A DNA stretch of 64,000 bases from Gemmatimonadales bacterium (GCA_037189525.1 JBBCJC010000002.1:1120001-1184000); one strand, 5' to 3'; positions 38,803 through 50,527 are shown, numbered from the stretch's first letter. Program-made: numbers and translations. The notes: generated from the letters alone by a model not told the origin.

Positions 38803-40729
38803 GGGTAGCGTACCTCACATAGGTCACCACCACGAACCGCCCCGCGGAAAAGCGCTGTTTGTCCTGTCGTTTTCCGCGCTGGGCGTCGTGTTCGGCGACA
38901 TCGGCACCAGCCCGCTCTACGCACTCAAAGAATGCTTTCGCGGCCCCTACGGGGTGCCGCTCTCCCCGGAAAATGTGCTGGGTGTGCTCTCGCTCATTTT
39001 CTGGAGCCTGAACATCCTCATCTCGTTCAAGTATCTCGCGCACATGCTCCGCGCCGACAACCGCGGCGAGGGCGGCGTCATCGCGCTCCTCGCGCTGGTC
39101 AAGCCGGAGGGGAAGGAACGGTTCGGACGCTGGCTGCTGGTGGCGTTCGGCCTCTTCGGCGCCACCATGCTCTATGGCGACGGCGCCATTACGCCGGCCA
39201 TCTCGGTGCTGAGCGCCGTCGATGGCCTTGCCGTGGCGTCGGACAAGCTCGAGCCGTTCGTGCTCTGGATTTCCCTCGCGATCATCGTCGGTCTGTTCTC
39301 GGTCCAGCGGCGCGGGACCAGCTTCGTCGGATCGTTCTTCGGCGCGATCACCATCGTCTGGTTCTTCAGCATTGCCCTGCTGGGTATTCGCGGCATTCTG
39401 CTCGAGCCCGGCGTGCTGGTGGCCATGAGTCCGCATCACGCCGTCGCGTTTTTCCTCCGGGATCCCGGGGTGGCGTTCATGGTGCTCGCCGCCGTCGTGC
39501 TGGTCGTGACGGGCGGCGAAGCGCTCTACGCCGACATGGGGCACTTCGGCCGGCGCCCGATTCGGGTGGCGTGGCTCTGCGTCGTGCTGCCCGCGCTGGT
39601 GCTCAATTACTTCGGCCAGGGCGCGCTCCTGCTCAGCAACCCGAGCGCGATCATCAATCCGTTCTATGAGCTGGTGCCGGCGTGGGCGCTCTATCCCATG
39701 ACCGGTATCGCGACCGCTGCCGCCGTCAGCGCGTCGCAGGCGCTCATCTCGGGGTCGTTCTCCCTGACCCAGCAGGCCATGCAACTCGGCTATGTGCCGC
39801 GGCTCCAGATCCTCCACACGTCCCGGTCGCAGATCGGACAGATCTATATCCCGGCCGTCAACTGGACCCTGATGGTGGTCTGTGTTCTGTTGGTGCTGGG
39901 CTTCCGCGACGCCGACAGTCTGGCCGGCACTTATGGCGTGGCCGTGACCATGACCATGATGACGAGCACGCTGCTCTTCTGTGCCATTGCGGGCCATCGC
40001 TTCGGCTGGAATCGCCTGCAGGTTGCCGCGTTCGGCATAGGGCTCTTGCTGATCGAAGGGACCTTCCTGGCGGCCAACCTGACCAAGGTGCCGCACGGCG
40101 GTTGGGTTCCGCTCGGGATCGGTATCGGGGTTTTCACGATGATGACGACGTGGCGCCGCGGCCGAGCGTTGCTCAATGCCAAGCTGCGCGAAGGGGCGAT
40201 GCCGCTCGATCTGTTGATCTCGGATGTGGGTGACAAGCTGCCGCGCGTGAGCGGCACGGCCGTCTTCATGACTTCGGACCCGACCGGCGCGCCGCCGGTG
40301 CTGCTGCATCACCTCAAGCACAACAAGGTGCTCCACGAACGGGTCATCCTGATGTCGATCGTGAACCATCTGGTGCCGCAGATGGAGCCGGACGAGCGGG
40401 TCGAGATAACCAAGCTCGATCACGGATTCTTCGTGGTCCGGGTCCACTACGGGTTCATGGAAACACCCGACATGCCCGCCATCGTCGAGATGCTGGCTGC
40501 GCACGACATGAAACTGAAGATTCGTGATACCAGCTTCTACCTGGGCCGGGAAACCATCATTCCCGCCAAGCATCAGCCCGGCAGCAAGCCCGGCTGGTTC
40601 GACGGGCGGATGACGACCTGGCGGAAGCGTCTGTTCGTCGTGATGGCCAACAACGCGCGTCCCGCGACGGCCTTCTTCAATCTGCCGCCCAACCGGGTGG
40701 TGGAGATGGGCGCCCAGATTCAGATCTGA
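38789..40729 (+). CDS. kup: Potassium transporter Kup
   Basis: GVVFGDIGTSPLY, ADNRGEGG, GEALYADMGHFG, YGFME, RVVEMG. Confidence 0.97.
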   Translation: MSQSEGSVPHIGHHHEPPRGKALFVLSFSALGVVFGDIGTSPLYALKECFRGPYGVPLSPENVLGVLSLIFWSLNILISFKYLAHMLRADNRGEGGVIALLALVKPEGKERFGRWLLVAFGLFGATMLYGDGAITPAISVLSAVDGLAVASDKLEPFVLWISLAIIVGLFSVQRRGTSFVGSFFGAITIVWFFSIALLGIRGILLEPGVLVAMSPHHAVAFFLRDPGVAFMVLAAVVLVVTGGEALYADMGHFGRRPIRVAWLCVVLPALVLNYFGQGALLLSNPSAIINPFYELVPAWALYPMTGIATAAAVSASQALISGSFSLTQQAMQLGYVPRLQILHTSRSQIGQIYIPAVNWTLMVVCVLLVLGFRDADSLAGTYGVAVTMTMMTSTLLFCAIAGHRFGWNRLQVAAFGIGLLLIEGTFLAANLTKVPHGGWVPLGIGIGVFTMMTTWRRGRALLNAKLREGAMPLDLLISDVGDKLPRVSGTAVFMTSDPTGAPPVLLHHLKHNKVLHERVILMSIVNHLVPQMEPDERVEITKLDHGFFVVRVHYGFMETPDMPAIVEMLAAHDMKLKIRDTSFYLGRETIIPAKHQPGSKPGWFDGRMTTWRKRLFVVMANNARPATAFFNLPPNRVVEMGAQIQI

Positions 40730-40782
40730 GACGGCGGCCTGGAGACGTGTTAGCTTCGGAGTGACTTGCACTCGAGGTTGCC

Positions 40783-41565
40783 ATGCGCCGTCCGATTGCT
40801 TCGCTTCGCTGGCTGGCCGTATTCGCTCCACTCGCCACTGCCATGGCGCAAACCCCGCCGGGCTCAGCGCACCAACCGGCCGCGCATGCCGCCAATTGGG
40901 ACCAGGTCGAAGGGGTCTATTTTCGGTCTGCCTCGAGCTACGGTGTCGGGGGCATGGTCACCATCGATTACCGGCCGCTGGTCTTCTTTCGCGACGGCAG
41001 CTACTACGAGGTCGAAGGCGAGGCGCTGGAGGACGTGGACCTGGGCGAGAGCAAGCGCAAGAGTCCGAAGCGCTGGGGCCGCTGGTCCAAGGTGGCCGAG
41101 GGATTCACGCTCACCAACGCCGAAGGCCGCTCGTCGGAGATGAAGCTGCAGCGCGGCAACTTTTTCGTGGCGTTTCCGGGAAACGCCAACGAGGGCCGGC
41201 TGGACGGGAGGTTCCGACGCATCGCCGGCGTCGGCAACACCGCCACGGGGGGCGGCGTAATGATCTCCGCGCGCACCAATCTCGACTTCACGCCCGATGG
41301 GGGGTATTCCCGGGAGGCCAGCGCGGGGGCATCCAGTTCCGGCTCCGACGTGGGCGGCGACCGGAGCGGGGTCAGTACGACGGTGCGCAGCAAGAGCCAG
41401 AGCGGCCCCGGTCGCTACACCATCGATCACCACACCATCACGCTGATCGATGCCGAGGGCCGCACAGAGCGGCGGTTCTTTGCTTTCGGCTCGAAGCAGT
41501 CGCCGCCGCAGTTGGAGACCGGTCTGATTTTCGTCGGCAATCTGGTCTTCAGCCGTCGACGCTGA
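40783..41565 (+). CDS. Secreted hypothetical beta-rich protein
   Basis: Signal peptide AMA-Q; two related halves (FFRDGSY / FTPDGGY). Confidence 0.7.
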   Translation: MRRPIASLRWLAVFAPLATAMAQTPPGSAHQPAAHAANWDQVEGVYFRSASSYGVGGMVTIDYRPLVFFRDGSYYEVEGEALEDVDLGESKRKSPKRWGRWSKVAEGFTLTNAEGRSSEMKLQRGNFFVAFPGNANEGRLDGRFRRIAGVGNTATGGGVMISARTNLDFTPDGGYSREASAGASSSGSDVGGDRSGVSTTVRSKSQSGPGRYTIDHHTITLIDAEGRTERRFFAFGSKQSPPQLETGLIFVGNLVFSRRR

Positions 41566-41655
41566 GCGCGAAGAAGCCGTCCCGGGGCACCGGAATGGTG
41601 TCGCTACTTAGGCACAGCTATCGACGGATTCGGGGCCGCCGCGTGCTACCGCGCC

Positions 41656-42210
41656 TCAGCGCGTGGTACCCGTGACGTCCGGTTTGAGGCGATGGGCGTA
41701 CTGCGAGCGCAGCTTGGCGACCTTGGGCTCGATCGAAAAGACGCAGTAGGGCTGTTCCTGATGCCGGCGGTAGTAGTTCTGGTGGTATTCCTCGGCGGGA
41801 TAAAACGTCCCGGCCGGTTCGATGGTGGTCACGATCGGATCGCCAAAGATGCCGCGCGCCGTCAGGTCCGCAATGACGGATTCGGCGACCGCCCGCTGCT
41901 CCGCTGAGGTCGGGAAGATGGCCGAGCGGTACTGGGTGCCGCGGTCGGCTCCCTGGCGATTCAGCGTGGTCGGGTCGTGGAAGGCAAAGAAGAGTTCGAG
42001 CAGCTCGCGGTAGCTGAGCATGGCCGGGTCGAAGGTGACCTCGACCGCTTCCGCATGCCCCGTGGTGCCGACGGAGACGCGATCGTAACTCGGATTGCGG
42101 ACTTTGCCGCCGATATACCCCGAGACGACCCGCTCGACACCATCCAATTCCTGGAACACCGCTTCCAGGCACCAGAAACATCCACCTGCCAGTATCGCAA
42201 CTTCGGGCAT
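41656..42210 (-). CDS. msrA: Peptide-methionine (S)-S-oxide reductase
   Basis: [30 protein letters not shown]. Confidence 0.96.
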   Translation of the reverse strand: MPEVAILAGGCFWCLEAVFQELDGVERVVSGYIGGKVRNPSYDRVSVGTTGHAEAVEVTFDPAMLSYRELLELFFAFHDPTTLNRQGADRGTQYRSAIFPTSAEQRAVAESVIADLTARGIFGDPIVTTIEPAGTFYPAEEYHQNYYRRHQEQPYCVFSIEPKVAKLRSQYAHRLKPDVTGTTR

Positions 42211-42333
42211 GACGATCCCTCGCTGACGCTCGAGGGAACCTAGTCGACTCGGGAGTGCACTTCCACCCGACACATCGAGTGCCGGGTGGGCGCATCGTTT
42301 TCGAGTCAAAGAGCGGCTGAGCCGCCCCGCCGG

Positions 42334-44289
<1,956 letters not shown>

Positions 44290-44674
44290 CGGAGGTCGTG
44301 GAAGAAGTGGGCGAAACGGCAGGGGTGCCGGTTCCTCCCAACATAACCCGAGGCCGGGCCGTTGCCAGGCTTTGCAGGTCGGGCGCGGAGCACCGAGAGG
44401 GCGAGGTGCATGTTTTTGCTCGCCGAGTGCAGTGATGTGCGGCTGCCCGCCGAGCCAAGCTGTGATCTGGTACAGAGTTGCGACGCCGCGCCCACGTTGC
44501 AATCCAAGAGAGTCCGAGCGGACTGCGGTGTGGCATCGATGCGATCGAGCCGATGGCGCGCGAGATAACTCATTGATTCGGGTTGGGTTACTACGCGCGC
44601 CGGTGTGGCATCGGACTGGCGATGACACTCGTTCGGGACCAGGCGGGATATCGGTCATAACATCGAAGGACTGC

Positions 44675-44983
44675 ATGCCGACGACGGAAACCAACACGCG
44701 TGTCATCAAAGCCCCGGAAATCTTTGGACTCGAAGTCCGAGGGAGTTTCCGTGATGCGGCGATTGCGTTGCTTGGCGAAATGACGACCAATGGCGGCGCG
44801 CTGGTGATCGATTTCGACGAGACGCGGCGGATCGACTCGGCGGGATTGGGTGCGCTCATGCTGGTGCAGCGGAAGGCTGCCGAGCGGGAACAGCGCGTGG
44901 TGCTGCGTAATCTCCGCGACGAATTCCGCTTCCTGCTCGTTCTCACCAAGCTCGACGATCTGTTCGAAATCGAAGCCAAATAG
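44675..44983 (+). CDS. STAS-domain anti-sigma-factor antagonist
   Basis: [35 protein letters not shown]. Confidence 0.88.
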   Translation: MPTTETNTRVIKAPEIFGLEVRGSFRDAAIALLGEMTTNGGALVIDFDETRRIDSAGLGALMLVQRKAAEREQRVVLRNLRDEFRFLLVLTKLDDLFEIEAK

Positions 44984-45048
44984 CGGGATTCAGCCTATAT
45001 TTTCGGGGTGCGCGGCTCCGCTCGTTCGCTCCGATTCCGGGACTGATC

Positions 45049-45756
45049 CTGACTGCATCGCCCTCCCTTCTGACCATCGACGACGTCACCCGCCGCTATG
45101 GTACGCGGGTAGTCGTCAACCGGGTCACGCTTGCGGTGAGCGCTGGCGAGATCCACCTGCTGGTCGGTCCCAACGGTTCCGGTAAGTCCACCCTGGCGCG
45201 GCTGGCCGTCGGCCTGCTCAGACCCCACGCCGGCACTGTCGCCATCGGAGGGTCCGATCCGAGAACGGTCGCATCCGTCCGGGCCGGAGTCGGGTTTGCC
45301 GGCCACGAGGCCCAGCTCTACGACGATCTCTCGGCCGAGGACAACCTGCGCTTTGCGGCGCGGCTGACCGGAAGCCGCGATCCGGCCGGCCTGGCGCGCG
45401 AGGCGCTCGAGCGTTTCGGCGCGAGCGGCGAGCGGCGCACTCCGGTTCGACGGCTGAGCCGCGGGTTCATGCAGCGGGTGGCGTTGGCCCGTTCTCTGGT
45501 CCATCGTCCGGGCCTGGTGGTCTGGGACGAGCCGATGACCGGACTCGATACCCCCAGCATTCGCCGGGTAGTCGACGTGCTGGCCGAGGAACAGCGCCGT
45601 GGCACCGCCGTGCTGCTGGTGTCCCACGATCTGCCGGATCTCTGGCCGCTTGCCACGCATGTGCATGTCGTGGTTGGCGGCGAAATCCGGCTCTCGACCG
45701 ACCGGGAGATGCCGCTCGACGCCTTCCGCACCGTGTACGCGGAGCTGGTGGCGTGA
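45049..45756 (+). CDS. ccmA: Heme/cytochrome c maturation ABC ATPase CcmA
   Basis: GPNGSGKST, LSRGFMQR, DEP, VSH; start uncertain (CTG 45049 proposed, first canonical start GTG 45136). Confidence 0.85.
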   Translation: MTASPSLLTIDDVTRRYGTRVVVNRVTLAVSAGEIHLLVGPNGSGKSTLARLAVGLLRPHAGTVAIGGSDPRTVASVRAGVGFAGHEAQLYDDLSAEDNLRFAARLTGSRDPAGLAREALERFGASGERRTPVRRLSRGFMQRVALARSLVHRPGLVVWDEPMTGLDTPSIRRVVDVLAEEQRRGTAVLLVSHDLPDLWPLATHVHVVVGGEIRLSTDREMPLDAFRTVYAELVA

Positions 45757-46430
45757 CCTTCTGGCGCGCGGTGCTGGTGATTGCCGGCAAGGATGTACAG
45801 GTCGAGCTGGCGGGGAAAACCGCGCTGGCCACGGCGGTGACCTTTGCGGCGCTGGTGCTGGTCATCTTCAACTTCGCGCGCGACCCGGCCGAAGTGACGC
45901 TGGCCACGCTGGCGCCGAGTGTGTTGTGGGTGACCTCGGCCTTTGCGGGCGTGGTCGCGCTCAACCGATCGTTTGCGATGGAACGCCATCGGGGCGCCAT
46001 CGACGGCCTGCTGCTGGCGCCGGTCAGCCGGAGCGCCATCTTCGGCGGGAAGTACCTGGCCAATCTGGCGTTCGTGCTGGTGGTCAACGCCGTCATTCTG
46101 CCGCTCTTCATCCTGTTCTTCAACGTCGACCTGACGCCCGCGCTCGGCTGGGTCGCCCTGGCGTTGGGGCTGGCCGCCGCGGGCTACGTGGCGATCGGGA
46201 CGGTGCTGGCGGCGATGACGGTCCGGACCCGTTTTGCCGAGCTGATGCTGCCCGTGCTGTTGCTCGGGTTCCTGGTACCCCCGGTGCTGGTCGGCGTCCA
46301 GGCGACCACGCGGTTGCTCGCGGGGCGTCCTCCGGGCGAAATTGTGGGCTGGTTCCGATTCCTGGCGCTCTACGATGTGGTGTTCATCACCCTCGGCTTT
46401 CTGCTCTTCCCGGCAACGATGGACGAATGA
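45753..46430 (+). CDS. ccmB: Heme exporter protein CcmB
   Basis: KDVQVE, VLWV, RSFAME...DGLLLAP; six TM segments; GTGA overlap. Confidence 0.9.
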   Translation: MTFWRAVLVIAGKDVQVELAGKTALATAVTFAALVLVIFNFARDPAEVTLATLAPSVLWVTSAFAGVVALNRSFAMERHRGAIDGLLLAPVSRSAIFGGKYLANLAFVLVVNAVILPLFILFFNVDLTPALGWVALALGLAAAGYVAIGTVLAAMTVRTRFAELMLPVLLLGFLVPPVLVGVQATTRLLAGRPPGEIVGWFRFLALYDVVFITLGFLLFPATMDE

Positions 46431-47110
46431 CGACTCCGGCTGCGCATGATTCCCTGATCCGTCGGGGTACCGTCCTCACCGTCATCGGGTTGCTGCTGCT
46501 GGCGCTCGTCTACGTGCAGGCCATCTGGTTTACCCCGCTCGAGCGCTGGCAGGGCCAGGCCCACAAGATCCTCTACATCCATGCGCCGGTGGCCTACATG
46601 ACGCTCTCCGCGTTCATGCTGGCAGGCCTGGCGAGCGCGGCCTATCTCTTCTTGCGCGACCGGCGGCTCGACACCTTTGCCGAGGCGTCGTCGGAACTGG
46701 GGCTGGTGTTCGGAGCGGCGATGCTGACGACCGGGCCGCTCTGGGCCAAGCCGATCTGGGGCGCGTGGTGGCAGTGGGAACCGCGGCTGACGCTGACCCT
46801 GCTCCTGGTCCTGCTCTTCGTCGGCTATCGCGCACTGCGCAACGCCATCGATGACCCGGACGAGCGAGCCCGCTACAGCGCCGTCGTCGGGATCATGGCG
46901 CTGGCCATGGTGCCGTTCGTCCACCTGAGCGTCTATCTGTTCCGAACCATCCATCCGCAGCCGGTGCTGCTCAAGCCGAGCCGGCCGGAGATGCCGATCG
47001 AGATGTTGCGCACCCTCCTGTTCTCGATTGCCGTCTTCACCTTCCTCTACATCGGACTGGTGACCCTGCGGTACGCGATTGGCCGGCGTCGGATCGCGGC
47101 GTCGTCATGA
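46427..47110 (+). CDS. ccmC: Heme chaperone CcmC
   Basis: YIHAP, WAKPIWGAWWQWEPRLT (WWD domain), RTIHP. Confidence 0.92.
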   Translation: MTTPAAHDSLIRRGTVLTVIGLLLLALVYVQAIWFTPLERWQGQAHKILYIHAPVAYMTLSAFMLAGLASAAYLFLRDRRLDTFAEASSELGLVFGAAMLTTGPLWAKPIWGAWWQWEPRLTLTLLLVLLFVGYRALRNAIDDPDERARYSAVVGIMALAMVPFVHLSVYLFRTIHPQPVLLKPSRPEMPIEMLRTLLFSIAVFTFLYIGLVTLRYAIGRRRIAASS

Positions 47111-47229
47111 ACGGCCCTCCCGAGAACGCGCCGTACATGATTGCGGCGTACATCGTCGCGGCGGTGATCGTGGTGGGATATGCGCTCGCACTGATCCGTC
47201 GCGGGCGGCGCGGCGATACCGACGGCTGA
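47107..47229 (+). CDS. ccmD: CcmD-like small membrane protein
   Basis: ATGA overlap with ccmC; MNGPPENAPYMIAAYIVAAVIVVGYALALIRRGRRGDTDG has one TM helix and a basic tail. Confidence 0.7.
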   Translation: MNGPPENAPYMIAAYIVAAVIVVGYALALIRRGRRGDTDG

Positions 47230-47260
47230 CCTGCCTTCCCGGGAAGGGTGACTTCCCGGC

Positions 47261-47743
47261 CTATCCTTCCAGCGCCCGATAGCCCCCTCGAAAGTAGAGC
47301 AGGGGGCGGCCATCCCGAGCCGTCCCGCCGACCACCCGGCCGATCACGATGGTGTGGTCGCCGACTGCGTAGCGGTCGAAGACCTCGCATTCGATCGTGG
47401 CAATGGTTCCATCGAGCGCAATGCGGCCTGCTTCCGTGGTCTGATAGCCGACGCCTTCGAGCCGGTCCGGTGCCGGCGTACCGGCAAACCGCCGGGAGAG
47501 CGCCTCCTGCTCGTGACTCAGTACATTGACCGTGAACCGATCGGTTGCGGCAATGGTGGCGTGGAATTCGGCGCGATGCTCCACATTGAGGCTGATCAGC
47601 GGCGGGTCGAGCGAAACCGAAGCGAAGCTGTTGGCGGTCATTCCGATCGGCCGGCCGGCCGGGTCGATGGCCGTGACGACGACTACGCCGGTGGCAAAGC
47701 GGCCGCAGAGCGCGCGAAAGTGGGCAGAATCGACATCGGACAT
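47261..47743 (-). CDS. Flavin reductase-like protein
   Basis: FATGVVVV, GMTANSFASVSLDPPL, GDHTIVIG, PLLYFRGGY; GGAGG SD. Confidence 0.93.
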   Translation of the reverse strand: MSDVDSAHFRALCGRFATGVVVVTAIDPAGRPIGMTANSFASVSLDPPLISLNVEHRAEFHATIAATDRFTVNVLSHEQEALSRRFAGTPAPDRLEGVGYQTTEAGRIALDGTIATIECEVFDRYAVGDHTIVIGRVVGGTARDGRPLLYFRGGYRALEG

Positions 47744-47805
47744 GGTTGGGTACCTCCAGTCGCAAACGGTCCCGGCCGTCCGGCGCGGGAATCTGGCTCT
47801 GGACG

Positions 47806-47821
47806 AGCAGGGCGCGTGCCA
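47806..47821 (-). promoter_or_regulatory. Putative sigma54 (-24/-12) promoter for the flavin reductase gene
   Basis: Minus strand TGGCACGCGCCCTGCT, with correct GG-N10-GC spacing. Confidence 0.5.
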
Positions 47822-47840
47822 GGCAGCTCGAGGCTCGTCG

Positions 47841-48620
47841 TCAGCCGCCGATGATGAACCAAAGCAGCGCTCCGCCCGCCACGGCAAAAGCGGTGGACGT
47901 GGCGTTCACACCATCGTTGTCGAGCCAGCGCCGGCCGCGCACGGGAGCCGGCACGGTACCGCAGCGATGCGGGGTCGATTCGGTCATTTCGTCGCAGGTC
48001 GCGCAATGATATCGCTTCTGGAAGCGCGACCCCAGCGCCGAATCCAATAGCATCGACACGGTGCCGAGTCCGGTGGCGGCCAGCATCAGGCTGCCTCGTC
48101 CCGTCACACTGGTACCCAGGAGCCCGATCAGGCCCGCGCCCAGGATTCCGGCGGAGATTCCGAGACCGGTCACGCCACCGCTGGTGCCTCGAGGTACCGG
48201 ACGGCGGGTCAGTAGATCTCGCGGAGTGCGGGGGCTCAGGCTCCCCAGCGCGGTGGCCCAGGTGTCTGCGCACGCGGCGGCCAATCCGATGGTCAGGAGC
48301 CAGAGGCCCAGCCCGGGTACCAGCGGTTCGGCCAGAGCGCCCAGCGCCGCGAAGCCGCCGTTGGCCAGCACCTGGCGGTGATTGCGGATCTCCGCCTTCG
48401 CTTCCTCCGCATCGCGCCGGGCCTGGACCGAGAGCCGCGAGGCGACCGATGCGGCGACGAAGTAGGCGCCGAGCACTGCCGCGCCGAGCCAGCCGGTGGC
48501 CCAGAGAATCAGGGAGCCGATGGCCGTGGCAGCGACGGCGCCGCTGGCGCTCAGAGACCGGAGCAGGAAGGCCAGCAGGGCCGCGCCGGCGGACGCCCCG
48601 ATCGCATAGAGGACGGGCAT
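47841..48620 (-). CDS. DUF92/TMEM19-family membrane protein
   Basis: RNHRQVLANG, ADTWAT, GTSGGVT, DSALGS, CATC...HRC, DNDGVN. Confidence 0.88.
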   Translation of the reverse strand: MPVLYAIGASAGAALLAFLLRSLSASGAVAATAIGSLILWATGWLGAAVLGAYFVAASVASRLSVQARRDAEEAKAEIRNHRQVLANGGFAALGALAEPLVPGLGLWLLTIGLAAACADTWATALGSLSPRTPRDLLTRRPVPRGTSGGVTGLGISAGILGAGLIGLLGTSVTGRGSLMLAATGLGTVSMLLDSALGSRFQKRYHCATCDEMTESTPHRCGTVPAPVRGRRWLDNDGVNATSTAFAVAGGALLWFIIGG

Positions 48621-48674
48621 TGGGGAAAGTAAACGATTATTTTCTTCGGCCAGCATGCTCCGCGCTCCAATCCG

Positions 48675-49307
48675 GTGAGTGTTCCCACGACCGTCCACGC
48701 GATCGTTCCGCTGTCGCTGCTCGAAGCGATCCGGAACCTCGACACGCCGCCCAACGACGGCCTGCCGGCGGAATTGTCCGAAGAAGCCTTCACCAAGCGG
48801 TTGGGCCTGAGCCCGACGGTGGCGGCTCAGATCGAGCGCTATCGGGAAGCGCTCGAGCACGGGACGCTGATCTCGGACGCGGAAGGGGTCCAGGTGTTTC
48901 GGCTGGCGGGCCGGCGGACCGATGCGGACCTGGTCTATGCCGATGCCGGACGCCGCGCGGCTCGGCATGCGGTGCGGCTTCGCGTCGCTCGCCCCGCCGT
49001 GTTGACCTCGGTGCTGCCCTCGGCCGCGAAGCGACGGGCCGGTCAGCGGCGCGCCGCCCGGGCGCTCCAGCAGGTCTTCGGGGTGCGGCTCGACCTCGAT
49101 GGCGGTACGCTGGTGATGCGGGTCGATCGCAGCCTGGCGGTGCGCGCGGGCTTTGCCGGCTCGGGCTGTGAGTTCTATCGGTCCCTCGCGATGGAGTTGC
49201 TGCGGCTCACCAGCGGCTTCGAAGGGGCCCTGTTTCATCCCGAATGTGAACAGAGCGGCGCGCTCGAGTGCCGCTGGACCGTCGCCGATGCCGACGGATC
49301 CTGGTGA
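48675..49307 (+). CDS. V4R-domain-like protein
   Basis: C-terminal GCEFY...HPECEQSGALECRW Cys pattern. Confidence 0.65.
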   Translation: MSVPTTVHAIVPLSLLEAIRNLDTPPNDGLPAELSEEAFTKRLGLSPTVAAQIERYREALEHGTLISDAEGVQVFRLAGRRTDADLVYADAGRRAARHAVRLRVARPAVLTSVLPSAAKRRAGQRRAARALQQVFGVRLDLDGGTLVMRVDRSLAVRAGFAGSGCEFYRSLAMELLRLTSGFEGALFHPECEQSGALECRWTVADADGSW

Positions 49308-49321
49308 ACGGATCCTGGTGA
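49294..49321 (+). repeat. Perfect 14-bp tandem duplication
   Basis: acggatcctggtga occurs twice (49294-49307, 49308-49321). Confidence 0.9.
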
Positions 49322-49335
49322 AAGGACGAAATGCG

Positions 49336-50520
49336 ATGCACCATCTGACGGAACTCGACACGGACGCGCTTCGGGCCGGACTCGAAACGGCAGGTGCGGA
49401 CGGATGGTTGCTCTTCGATTTCAAAGGTCTCAATCCGATTGCGCTTCGAATGCTGCGCATCAAGCCGGGCACCCGGCGGATCTTCGTCTATCTGCCTCGT
49501 CAGGGTGCGCCCATTGCCATTGCGCACAAAATCGAGCTGCACGCCGTCGAGGGCTTTCCCGGTGAGATCATTGCGTACGCTCGCTGGGAAGAACTCGGCG
49601 CAGCTATCGAGCGGGTAGTCCGCGGCCGAACCGTCGCAATGGAAGTGTCGATTCGCGATGCGGTGCCCTATCTCGATCGGGTCCCGCTGGGCGTAGTGCA
49701 GCTGATCGAAGCAGCGGGTGGGCAGGTGGTGTCGAGCGCGCCGCTGGTGACCCAGTTCACCGCGCGATGGAGCGCGGCGGAAACCGAGGATCACCGCTAT
49801 GCGGCGGAAATCCTGGCCCGCGTGGCCAAACGGGTCATGGCCGACACCATCGCGGCCGCCGGGACGGGGATCACCGAATCGGCGGTGCAGGCGCAGGTCG
49901 TGGCTCTGCTCGAAGCGGATGGTCTGCGGGTCGATCCCGGTCACCTGCCAATCATCGGCTTCGGACCCAATTCCGCCAATCCGCACTATGAGCCGATTGC
50001 GGGTCGCGATCGGGCGCTCGAACGGAACGAGGTCGTGCTGATCGACCTCTTTGCCGGCCGGACGCTCGAGACCGTCTTTGCCGACCAGACCTGGATGGGG
50101 TTCAGCGGTCCGGCGGCGCCCGACGACGTGCTCGCAGTCTGGAACGTCGTGCGGGATGCTCGCGATGCCGCGATTGCGACCGTGTGGCAGGCTACCCGGG
50201 AGAAACGTCCCCTCAAAGGATTCGAGATCGATCGGGCGGCGCGTGGGGTCATCGAGGCAGCCGGGTACGGTGCGTATTTCGTGCACCGGACCGGCCATTC
50301 GATCGACCGCGACCTCCACGGTTCAGGCCCGCATTGCGACGACTATGAAACGCATGACGACCGGGCATTGGTGCCGGGGGTCGGTTTCTCGGTCGAGCCC
50401 GGCGTGTATCTGACGGGCCGCTTCGGCGTCCGAAGCGAAGTGAACATGTACTGGGGCGCCGACGGGGCGGTGGTGACCCCCGAGGACATTCAGCACACGC
50501 TGATTCTGTCATCCGCGTAG
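49336..50520 (+). CDS. M24-family (Xaa-Pro) aminopeptidase
   Basis: NSANPHY, DQT, HRTGHSI, SVEPGVY, GVRSE. Confidence 0.92.
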   Translation: MHHLTELDTDALRAGLETAGADGWLLFDFKGLNPIALRMLRIKPGTRRIFVYLPRQGAPIAIAHKIELHAVEGFPGEIIAYARWEELGAAIERVVRGRTVAMEVSIRDAVPYLDRVPLGVVQLIEAAGGQVVSSAPLVTQFTARWSAAETEDHRYAAEILARVAKRVMADTIAAAGTGITESAVQAQVVALLEADGLRVDPGHLPIIGFGPNSANPHYEPIAGRDRALERNEVVLIDLFAGRTLETVFADQTWMGFSGPAAPDDVLAVWNVVRDARDAAIATVWQATREKRPLKGFEIDRAARGVIEAAGYGAYFVHRTGHSIDRDLHGSGPHCDDYETHDDRALVPGVGFSVEPGVYLTGRFGVRSEVNMYWGADGAVVTPEDIQHTLILSSA

Positions 50521-50527
50521 GAGATTC

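Noticed and set aside
48675..49307. Calling the V4R-like gene bchJ (photosynthesis)
   Set aside because: Only the generic Cys pattern is shared, and there are no bch/puf/crt genes in the window.
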